Assembly: GCA_043228905.1 (NCBI GenBank) | Contig: JBHGNT010000011.1 | Coordinates: 21,638,001 to 21,702,000, forward strand | Source: Azolla caroliniana | Lineage: Eukaryota > Plantae > Polypodiophyta | Length of the DNA: 64,000 nucleotides | Reading direction: 5' to 3' | Shown: positions 52,650-64,000 of the stretch, in pieces | Layout of the letters: every line of letters starts with the position of its first letter | How positions within the stretch are numbered: the stretch's first letter is position 1 | Made by a program: the position numbers and the translations under genes | The notes under the pieces: generated by a model | Seen by the model: the letters and a program-made list of their open reading frames with translations, nothing else | What the model was told of the DNA's origin: nothing | Database searches by the model: none

Positions 52650-55600
52650 ATCTTCCGAAATGTGATTAGAGTTTCAAGTGACTGGGATCGATTGACTCAA
52701 TCCGAAATTAACAAAATGGATCAAATTAACAAAATGTGCAAATATCACACACAATAGGGAAGGGAGGGGGTGGGAATGTGGATTATTTTGTGAGCTTAGA
52801 TCAATGTGTGAGGAAGGCAACAATTTATAGATTGGGATGGCAACTATAGTTTGTTAGAATGGTGGAGGGAATTGATTAAACGAGGAAGAAAAGGAAGAAA
52901 GAGGGATAGATCGATTTGTGTTATTTTATTGCGAGAGATGGGCACACAATTTATAGATCGAATCGATGACACCTCATTTAACAATGTGTCCAAAGGGTAG
53001 AGTTGAATTAATCAAATGACGTGTAGAGAGAGAATGAGGGATTTGTGTTTGCGTTTATTATTTTATTTTAGAAGATTAGGTGCTCTTGCTTTTCTGGCGA
53101 ATATTGCGTTGCCTCCGACCCATTATGTATCATTCATTTTCTAATATAAGTTTGTCCCTCATGCTCCAAAAGGGGAAAAAAAGTTGTTGCTGGGTCTACA
53201 AAGGTGGAAGTGAATGGATTAAATGACGTGGATAGAGAGAGGATGGAAAATAGAACGAGAGAATGAAAAGATCATTATACGACCCCTTGGTTAACCCCTA
53301 TGACAAAAGCATCCGAAGAACATCAAACTAGAATATTAAAACATCATGTGACAATAAATCAATGCCAAGCTGTGACCTCATCACCTTGTTTATTCAAACA
53401 TACACTTCACATTTTTGGATTTGTTTTAAAATGAACATTTAGCCATCTTGCTTTTTCTTTATGAGCAATATAGTTTTTTGTATTCCAGAAGATATTTCAA
53501 TACATATTGGCATGTTCCAACCACTCAATTATTTTCTTCCCTAGCATACTTTAAAATCCTATGCTCAACAACGCCCTCATTTTTGACTCCAAGTCACATC
53601 CACTAATCAATTAATTCTTATCAACTCGACATCTTTTGGGACCTATTTGCTTGGAGTTCCTTTGAGCTTATTGAGTACTTCGTCGTATGGCCAGTACAAC
53701 AAGTTCTTTGTCACTAGGTTATAATTACATGTGTAAATTTAATGTTTCGTTATGCATTAAATTAGGTGAGTTGGTGTAACAACTTTTGGAGGCTTTCTTA
53801 TTGAAAAGTGTGGGGTTTAGATCTAGTCGCCTAGGCTTGTTGGCAAGATAAATTGCCTTTATGTGTGCTCTTTTAACCGGGAGATGGGATTTGACGTGGT
53901 TGGTTACGTCACAATACATTGCTAGTATTTTCTTTGACATGTGAATTGACGTGATATGCTACAATCAGCATTTGAATCAAGATCCTATTATAAGTTTGGA
54001 ATATCGACATATATGGTACTCCATTTAGATAGAGTTTAGGTTGAGATATCCTAATATTATAAGGTATGAATTTAGATCTAGATATTTTTAATTTGAACTA
54101 CTAAAGATCACATGGTAAAAAGTGATGTCCTGACTAGGGTTTTATTGACCTGAAGAGTTGTCACCGTAAGATCCAACCTTTATTGGATTCATTACCAACG
54201 AGAAGTTGTTGAATTGGGCTCCATGGTGATCATGCACATCAATAGACATACATGACCGCTTAGAGATTTAGACAACTCCCATTTAAATAGACTTGGCTAG
54301 AGTTTATATATGACAAAACTTTGATTGTGCTATATATAATCCTTTTATAATTTTTTGAGAAATGCATGCTTAAAAGAAATACTCGAGTAAAGTTGTTCAA
54401 ATTAGAGCATCAATCATTCAATCAATGTATGTTATCATGCATATTAACAAATGAACCATTCTAGAGGGACAAAATATCTCTTCCCGATTTGACTAGGCCT
54501 TGTGTTAAAACCCCTACATACCATTTGCTCAAAAATGTGTTATTTTCATCTAGGATATCCAAGCAAAACAAAAGCCTCAAGCACTTTACATGTTTCAAAT
54601 AAAGTCGAGTTCATGATGAGTTTGGTCTAATGTGGATATCATGCAACTCGTTTTACTGGCATAGTTAACATGGTTCGAATCTTTATGCTTCGAAGGATGG
54701 ATTCATTGCAAACAAAGCAATATAATTGTTCTTCATTAGAACTGTGACATTTTTATTCTTATATAACGTAAAAATTGTATTCATCATAGTAGGTGTGCAC
54801 GATACTATAAACTTACAATTTTTTATAATCACGTTAATAATGCATTAATGAACCCCTTTACATCAATGTGATGTAAACTCTCTTGCCAGACTCCAGTAAC
54901 AAATGGAAAGAAATTTGGCTTATCAATAAAATGCACGAGATTCTCTCTAACACTGGTCAACCAAACAAATAATCAAGTGAGAATATTGCAATATTTTTGT
55001 GAATTTAGTATTTAAATGCAAGCAGATATTTTGAAAGGCATATTGGTATGAATCTTCATGCCATGATGTAGACCAATTATGGGGGTGTATGCTCAAATCT
55101 TGAGTTTTTTGTTTAGAGGAAAAAATTGCATTGCAAACCCTACGTCTAGCAAGATTGTACGTGCCAAGCTCAAAATATGTAGATTATTTATATTGTAAAC
55201 AAATCCAACAAGGAATTAACGTCCTGAATGCAATAAATTGACATGCCATGGTATTACATATAGTGAACTTCATGCAACAATGTCATTAAAACGTTTGCCA
55301 TTATGTCTTTATGTATATTTCCAAACTAATTGGATCCAATATCAGAATATAGGTTAGCCTCACTATGGGATAGAGGGCTATGATAATGATGTGGGTCTTG
55401 TCTCTTCCAAAACCGAAATAATCCTCTTGTGCCTTTATCTCTCAAATACATATAGAAACACTGGGCCCAGTGATGTACCCATCTGTTCCATCCATAATTA
55501 GACTTGTTAAGTTTGTCATGTTTTGCAGAAAAACTATAAGCATAATCAATAAAATTTTCAATAATTTGGTATACCAAACCTGTTTTCGTTTTCTTTTTAT

Positions 55601-58600
55601 GATGCATCATTGACATTTTGGAAAACATTGGGCATGCTAACATTAATCAAATAAAATTGTGGTGTAACCCAAACATAAAAACTTGCAGCCTTAGTATTGA
55701 ACCTTCTTATGGGCATTTGAATCCCACCTTGCCATTAAATATTGATCTTTCACGAGGGATATACTTTCCTAATAAAATAAAACAGAAAGTGTGTATGCCT
55801 CATGATGCTTGACCAATCTTGGCACCAATATGCATTAATGTTCATTTCTAATATAATTTTATTGTTCATGCTTACAAGAAGAAAACAATAGAAAAAATGA
55901 TCGTCCCTTGGATTTATTCGATGGGGCATAAAATGATCAAGGCTTACAATAAAAATAGCATTGGAAAATGCTGCCATAAAATAACTTTGCAAACATTTAT
56001 AGGAAGCTAAACTCAAGAGTTTGACATGTTGATGAAACAATTTCATAAGGATCACAAGTTCACCTTCTTAGAGAGCGTTAAAGCCAACAAATTATGAAAA
56101 TGGAGTTTCATAATACATTATATGGTGAGTATTATTACTACATCATTATGCTTTTTGAATGTGTCTAATAAACAATTAAAACCACAAATAGTGGAAATTA
56201 GGATCTTACTTTTGCATGTTCATTAATTTATTCATCTTTTAATGAGAAACTTGTCATATTCATTCTATATCTCGTAAAACACAATATTCTTCCAATTTCA
56301 AAAGCAAAAGCATAAAGTGTACCTTTTATATTGTTGCTCAATGTATCTTAAAGCATATAACCTAAATCCATTCAATATCACTATAACCAAAATGTCTTAC
56401 AATCACAACAATGTAATACCCAGGTAGCGGCGCAAGGTTATTGTTGTTGCTCCTATTTGACCAAAAGTTGGTGTAAGGGATGCAAAAACACTTTGCCACA
56501 TAACGCTCAGACTTTGGTTTTAGGCAAAAAAAACGTTTGAGGGACTAAAAAACGGCACAAAAATGGAGCCACAAAGGGCCAAGTGTAACGAACTATAAAA
56601 GATGACAAATAAGATACAACAAAGTGTTGTATAAGAACACAAAAACACATAACATAAGAGACATTCAGAAGTACATAAATTTCTCCCCTTCACACATTCG
56701 TCACAAGCATGATTACAATATCTGGTGGAGAGATTTTATGTCACATTTGGTAGTTGGTAAAAACATGTACAATCAAATGGCACCTCCTAGGTCACCGATT
56801 CACCAACTAAAAGAAAAGAAAGAAAGAAAGATATATCAACATCGTCAAAGACCAAATTTGGCCCATGAGACAATTGGTCACAAATTTACAATAACGGGAT
56901 GGGTACCCAATCATAGAAAATAAAAATAAAACATAAATAAAAGAGTTTTAGCGTCGTACAAAAAATGTTATGGGGTGTAGCATGTTCTATCAAGGAAACG
57001 ACTATGTGCTTAGATTAGTTCATTTCCATCCAAGTCTCTTGAAAAGGAGCGTCGTGACTTGTGGTTTTGATCTAAATGGTCTCCCGGTCATAGCTTCTAG
57101 GCGGGTTAACTCATGTTTCCTTGTCTTCATAATTGCTTTTGCACGACAAGTGACTTTGAGGCCCAATATCAGAGGCCGTTTGGTTGTTCTTTGGTTTCTT
57201 GCTTCAATGAGGGACAGGTCAAGTGGTGCAGGTGTGTCCATGTTCATCGTCCCCCTTGTCCTTGAAAAAATTCAGTGGTTATGTGTTGGTGAATATTATA
57301 AAAGTTATGGTTAACATTTGCAACTTATTCGAGTCTCCATGTCGTTCTAGTTCTAAGATATACTTGCCTAGTATCTTTATATTCAACGTATCTTTATATT
57401 CAACATATCCAAGTATTTCTTTGTATTTTTCCTTTATCTTGATGTAAGCTATACACTTGCATGTAAAATGATACTCATCCTCTATCTCTGTGTGACATAA
57501 TCTACATATCCTTTCCTCTATGGGAACTCCATTAGCATGACCATTTTCAATCTCAAGTTGGTGGGATGTTACTCTAAATTGTCCAATGGCAACCCTTAAT
57601 GCATTTGGTAAGAATGTATCTAGATCTTTTGGTTGTACAATAAACCCTAACTTCTGAGAAATGCATGAAGTGTTCCTTATAGTACAACATTTTAGATGGG
57701 AGTGACTCTAATTGGAAGGTTCATGGTTTAGGGTTTACAAGATTTTAGATGAGAGATGGACATGCATCACCTACCTACCATTATGTCCATGATATGGTAG
57801 TTTGGTTACAAAACATTGAAGGCATACACATTGTTACTTATTTACCACAATAAACACTACAAAAATTGGCTTCCAACGATGACCCTTTCTTAGGTCAGGT
57901 GTGACACCTCAAGATATTAACAAACAAGTGCACAACCCACAACTGTTGCAAACATCTCCAATTTTGAGTCGAGCTTGATAAACATCATATTGTTCTTAAA
58001 TGTTTGATGATTTTTTGGGAAAAGAATAATGTTTGATGATGTTTATCATGATCCCCACTCATCATTGCGCTCACCCTTAGGAGGAGGTCGTGGTTGTGGG
58101 TGAAGGTGGAATGTCATAACTTGGATGATGGCGTTTAAGAGCTAAATACCTCTTGTTGCATTGTTTGGCCTGTATGGATTGTTCAAGGGTAAACACTTGG
58201 TTTTAACCCAATGAATCAACAAAAATCCTATTATATGAAGAGAGCAATTGCAATTTGCCATACCTTTATTGATCAAATGATTAAGTTTCTCAGATTTATA
58301 GCTTAAACCAACCCAATGCAATGAAGTAACAATAAGGAGCATATTGAAAGGAATATGGATGTGCAATATTTTGCTTGCATTGGTCATATGGTGTTTTGGG
58401 TATGTGGCGCCAAGCATGGTTACTTAGAAGGGAAAATTCACTCGTGGAATCCAAATTTGGTGCATCATGTCATTTATTTTTGAAAGATTTAGACTATTAT
58501 TGGATTGGTCATATTTTTGTTTATAGTGTTGCACATCTTTTAAGTTCGATCTAACATTACATATTCGCAAAACTTTAGAGTTTATTCTACTTTATAAAGA

Positions 58601-58859
58601 TTTTATAGTTTGCATTTTTTTTAACCTCCCCATGCAAGAACTTTACTAATGTGATAAAATTATTCAACTATAAACGTGTCTAACCTTTAGATACGTTAAG
58701 TTTCATAGCTTTAGCTATCTATCATTACCTCTTACTTAGAGAATGCTTCTAAGTATTATTTATTTAAACTCTACTCTTACAATTTCCCTATTTTTATTTT
58801 CATTTATAGTTTAAACAATGACTTTTTCTTCAACTTTTTTAGAGCCTTCTATGTTAACA

Positions 58860-58981
58860 CCTAGGTTTTGCTACCATTCATATATTATACTACATTCTAC
58901 TTTCGCTTTGTTGTCTCGAACCTAGGTTTTGCTACCATTCATATATTATACCAGATTCTACTTTCGCTTTGTTGTCTCGAA
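58860..58981. repeat. 61-bp tandem duplication
   Basis: CCTAGGTTTTGCTACCATTCATATATTATAC...TTTGTTGTCTCGAA twice. Confidence 0.9.
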
Positions 58982-59546
58982 CTTAAGAGCACATGGGTGT
59001 CAACTCTAGTTTCCTTGATAATCTTCATATTAATTCTCGTGGAAAATTAAAGCAACCAAAAAAGACACAGATGCACATGCACATTCACATGAAATATGCA
59101 TTCATGTTTTGGCCATTTGAAACAAATATTGGTCAATCATGAAGCACAAGAAATGATCAAAATAATTAGAACATCAAATTACAACTTGATGGTCACTCAA
59201 ATGGAGTCTACTATCAAGCTACTAAAGAGAAATGGATTATTGAAAATTTTGTAATAACTAGCTTATTATACTAGAAACTTGTCAAGATCTAACATTTCTA
59301 TGCATTATGTTAAGTCAATCATTTATGATAGCCTATGCAACCGATGCATAAATATTTGAGTGTGAGGTATTGTATTTTAAGGATTTGGGGCATCTCGTTA
59401 TTCATAAGTTCAACAAAGGAGAAACATTGTTGAGATATTTTGACTAACTATGATGGTAGAAGTTGATGATTATGTAATGTTAACCAACTATTACTTCTCG
59501 AAATGATCCTAGAATTTCCTCCTAAATCATGAAAATAATATAGTCC

Positions 59547-59672
59547 TTTTTTTCTTTAAGAAACAGATACTACATTAGTATTAGAAAACGCCATAAGGCT
59601 ATGCATACAAGATATACCATAGATCCCTTGTATTTTTCTAAATTCTAACCATCGGCTTAAATAAATACTTTG
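59547..59672 (-). mobile_element. L1-clade LINE extreme 3' end (poly-A, 3'UTR, last ORF2 codons) in minus orientation
   Basis: Clearly homologous to 4655-4777 (GATACTACATTAGTATTAGAAAA.GCCATAAGGCTA...TTCTAAATTCTAACCAT.GGCTTAAATAAA). Poly-T begins at 59547. Confidence 0.85.
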
Positions 59673-62600
59673 AGGATTCGCGTGTGTGGGGAGAATCGGA
59701 GGTTTGGAAAGTAGATGCACGGAAGCAAGAAGCTGGAGGAGATCATGCCAACCTTGCATTATGGCAAACGGACGAAGAGGGAGTAGAAGAGGGGCAACGG
59801 GGACTGCAAGGAGGATTGCCTCAATGGTTGCCTATGCTGGAGAGTGAGGCCACGGAGTACACGTTACAAGTGGAAAACCTTTTGAATGAATGTGGTCAGG
59901 CACATAATGCATGCATGAGAGGAGATCATGATAAGGATTTGAAAATGGTGGAGACTTCTGATGTATTGGATGTTTTTCTGTCCAAAGAAGAAAGTACAAT
60001 CCTAAATGCCGAGATCAAAAGACTAAAGAAATGTTCGTTCATTTGTAAGCTATTTGGTGGTAGGCCCAATAGAGGTATGGTCCGTGATATGCTACAGGTA
60101 GCTTTAATGGATAAGGTCCCGCATATAAAGAGCGTGGATAATATGGGACGGAATTTCTTTCACATTGAAGTGAATGAAGGGAGTGATGTATCGCAAATTA
60201 TCAATATGAAATGTGTAGAACTCAAATATGGAAGAGCTCTGTTGTTGGAGTGGCATGCTAATTTCAATGTTATGGATGAGGCTAAGAAAATTGGTAATCC
60301 CATGGTGATATCTATGGTATTCCCTAATCTGCCTCGACACTTATATCCGTTGATGCAAAATATTGGGGAGAAGATTGGCACAATTTGTCCTTTAAAGGCA
60401 ACCATGGTAGACAAAATCCGAGACTCCCCTAAGATTAGGGTGCTTGTGCAAAGTTTGTCCACAGTTCCCCCCCTAATTAGAGTGCATGATGTGGAGGGAA
60501 GAATGATAGATGTGGGTGTGGAATATGAGGGTTTACCTGGCCAATGTTTCTATTGTAAAAGAAAGGGCCACATTGCCAAGGAATGTCCAAGGAAGATTAA
60601 TAGAAATGTAAGGGGGGAGAAGGATACGGGGCCAATAGATAAGCAAGAGATGTTGAGGGCGTCAATATTGAGTAACCTCAATGGGGCTGAGAAGGCGAAC
60701 ACTAGTGCAAATGGCTGGACTCGTGTTTTGGGACGGAAAAATGGCTTGCAACGAGAAGTCAACATGGATACGCCTCAGGCAGATTTGAGAAATCGGTTTG
60801 AAGTGTTGCAAGAAGAGGAGGACCTAGCACAAGACTCAAAGAAAACTATTGTTGAAGAGGTGGTAGTATGTACACCTGAGGTCATGTTAAAAAGTGGAAC
60901 ACTTAGACAAGAATCTGCCATGGGCTCCCCTTCCTCCATTGGCAAAAGTGGAAGTATGGGATTGAGAGCAATGAAAGACTGGCTGCGTAATGGGAGGTGT
61001 CAAGAAAGCTCATCCATCACTCCTGAAATTCAGAAGTTGCAAGTGGTGGGACAAGGAAGTAAGGAGGCAAATGTTAGAGTTCCAATCAAATTTGTTAGGT
61101 CAAAAATATTGGAAGGGGACAAGCTGGACAAGGGATATAGGTTTAGTCAGCAAGCTCTCACAAGACTGACTGATTTGTCACAAGGGGAAGCTCTAGGGCT
61201 AAGGGTTTATGTAGTTGTTGCTGAACGAAACAAGCTGCTAGCTATAGGCGTCTCTTTTGATCTAACAGACCTAGAGGTTACAACCAGTAACTTGCCACGG
61301 ATCTCCAACTTTATAGAAGTTAAGGCACACAAATACTTCCACGGCCTACCTATCACCTGGAATGGAGATAAATGGAGGTTGATGTGGCTGAATGCTGGAA
61401 TGATATGTGGGAGTTTTCATGATTCTTGCATTAAAAAATAGATTTTACTATGCCTAGAGGAGACGATAGACTCCCTCGATGAGGTGTTGCACTTCCACGA
61501 GGAGGAAATGGCAGAAGCTACAAGGCAAGATGTTGTTTTAGGATGGGAGAGGATCAAGGCAGGAGGTTGGGCATGGGCTCGTAGGGAGGGACTATGTCCG
61601 GCTTGGGAGACTTCGCAATTGTTCTCATGAAATTAATCACGTGGAACATACAAGGTCTAGGCGGTAGCAAATGTATGTTGGAAAGGAAGAACCTCCGCCA
61701 AGAGTTCAAATCCCCTAGCTTTAGGGGTATCCCAGACATTTTTCTCTCGCAAGAGCACCATTTGAGTGCGAACAAAATCTCGAGTATTGGCAATCCTCTA
61801 GCGGGGGATTGGCATACTTTTTGGTCCCCAGCGCAAGGTGAGCATGGTAGAAAAGGGGGTGTTTGTACATCTATCAAGAATAATCCAGATATTATTGTTG
61901 TGGACCAAGGCACCATCGTGGAGGGACGTGCCATCTATGTGACAGTCAGATGGCAACAACGTATCATTGGAATAATAAATGTGTACGCGCCCAATTCGAC
62001 AGCGATGCGGGCCCTTTTTTGGAGGCAATTGGCCGATGGATTGCCGATGGCAGATGCATGGATCCTCGCAGGGGACTTTAACATGACTTTGCACACGGAG
62101 AACAAGGTGGGGGGTATGCATACGGCGGTGCAGGGGTCAGAGTTAGTTGCATGGGATTTGTTGATGGGCAGAATGGGAGTGAAAGATGCTTGGTATGTAC
62201 TAAAAAAGCCTCGGAGCTCGTTATGCTTCTCAAGAGAAGGCTGCAATATAAATGGCTATTGTATGTCTCGCATAGACAGAATATACATATGCTCGGAATT
62301 GGAAAAATATGGTAGCAATGTTGAAATCATCGCAGGTTCAACTTACTCTGATCACATGCCGGTTACGATTACGCTGGTCACTCAAAGGCTAAACAAAAGG
62401 GACTGCAACTTAAGGATTAGTAGTAAACTTTTTGAGGATGTGGAGGTGAGAAGTAAGATAAGGAGTATATGGGAAAATAATCTAGTTGGTTGCGGTGCTT
62501 TGGATAATCTTCGAGGAAAGATTATTGAAACTTCAAAGTATTTGCATGAAGAGACTAAAAATAGATTTGAGAGGTCCAAGGAAAGAGAGGTGAGACTAAG

Positions 62601-64000
62601 AAGATCGATAGCGGCTGCCCAAAGAATGCTTCAGAAAAATCCCAAGTGTCTTTGGTCGAGATTAGGTCTGGAGGTTGCTAAAGAAACACTCTACAACGAC
62701 TGATTGTGTCAAGAAATAAGATGGTATTCAGGAGTTCAGCAGCTTGGTGGAGCAGGAATGGGGACAAGGTGAACCAACAATTTTTTAAGTTTAAAAAACC
62801 GAGCACAAATGGTAACTTCAGTCCTAAACTGATCAAGGAGGGTTGTTCACTGTCAGAAGATGTATCGGAGATCATGGAGGCACTCACATCTCACTATAGT
62901 GGGCTATTATCAAATAGTTATAGTCTCCCAGCCCAGCCTTCGCTGACAGAATTTGTATTGGAGCGAATGCAACCAAGAATTTCAGAGGTTGCACAAGTTA
63001 AGTGGTCAGGACCACTCTTGGAAGAAGAGGTGTCAGACGCTTTGGCAAGTATATGTAGTACGTCTTGTCCAGGCGACGACAGATTATCAAAAGATTTTTA
63101 TGAAAAATTTTGGGAACTAATTAAGGTTGACCTGATTGCTGGACTAAATGAGGCATGGGATGATGGGTACCTCCCTGAACATTTTAAAGAGGGACTAATA
63201 TTTCTAATTCCTAAGGTAAAGGGTATAGTTACGGATGTGAGGCAATGGAGACCGATTACGCTGCTCAACACAATCTATAAGATTTTTGCTAATATGCTGG
63301 CCAAGAGGGTCAAACCCCACTTACATGCGCTAATTAGTGTTGGACAAACAGGATTCATGGAAAATAGATGTATAATTGATAATGTGTTGACCTTTTGGGA
63401 AGCGATTGCCCTGGCGAAGAAAACCAATCAACATATTGCATGCCTCATGCTTGACTTTGAGAAGGCATATGACAGAGTACAGTGGCTTTTTTTAGACAAA
63501 GTCATGGAGCGGTTGGGACTACCCTCAAAATGGAGAGCAGCTGCGTTGGCCCTTTACAAAAGAAGCTTGAGTAGGGTGTTGGTATTAGGGCAACGGGGCC
63601 CATCAATGCCATTATGCAAGTCTGTCAGGCAGGGGTGCCCATTGGCCCCCTATCTTTATTTATTTATTTCAGAGGCATTCTCTTTCTTTCTAAATAGACC
63701 GGATCCAGGAATTCGGGGTTTGGTTGTCCCACATGCTTGCGAGGACTTGTTGGACTCCATGTATGCAGATGACACTATGCTCTATCTGCAAGGCAATGAT
63801 GCTAATTTACAACAGGCTGAAAACGGATTGAGTTGTTTTGTGAAGCATCAGGGGGGGGAAATTAATTGGAACAAAAGTAGAGGGTTTTGGGTAAGTCCAA
63901 ACTCCAGGCTGCATTGGCAACCTAATGCTAATTTTCAATGGGTTCCTAATGGAAGGGCTGTTAAGTATTTGGGCTTTTTGGTGGGAGTAGAGATTCAGAA
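59673..64000 (+). mobile_element. L1-clade LINE with ORF1 and a disrupted ORF2 (EN + RT); continues beyond the window
   Basis: ORF1 has a DUF4283-like region and a zinc knuckle (VEYEGLPGQCFYCKRKGHIAKEC). ORF2 from ATG 61627 reads LITWNIQG, LSQEHH, NVYAPN, GDFN, SRIDRIY, SDHMPV, then WRPITLLNTIYKI, LDFEKAYDRV, VRQGCPLAP and YADD (63762-63773). Frameshifts occur near 62700, between 62790 and 63060, and near 63840. Confidence 0.95.

Noticed and set aside
53700-58450. Short minus-strand ORFs (e.g. 55326-55643, 57020-57247) suggesting a decayed transposon gene
   Set aside because: No recognisable domain or termini, so a specific call cannot be supported without a profile search.

Overview
AT-rich eukaryotic nuclear DNA from a land plant. 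It is most likely a seed-free plant such as a fern, inferred from an axonemal-type beta-tubulin tail, PLS-PPR fragments and the transposon types present. There are four intact-looking host genes: the 3' part of a beta-tubulin (+), a ~26-exon kinesin-7 with a C-terminal RING finger (+), a class I LOB-domain transcription factor intermediate between AS2 and LOB (+), and a 3-exon glyoxalase I-like/VOC gene (-). The rest is mostly mobile DNA: a structurally complete but stop-riddled Ty1/copia element (41354-47287, TSD CTACT), a probable solo LTR with a tRNA-like Pol III module (47395-48436), a hAT-type MITE in two copies, a long L1-clade LINE that runs off the right edge, several short L1 3' fragments, an RTE-like fragment and a TSD-flanked retroposed PPR mosaic. 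The most interesting structures are the tRNA-like module inside the solo LTR, a duplicated PPT enclosing a ~230-codon Pol extension in the copia, a hairpin array around the copia LTR TATA box, a probable twin-priming 5'-inverted LINE, and the retroposed PPR chimera. All calls are from reading the sequence; no database searches were run.
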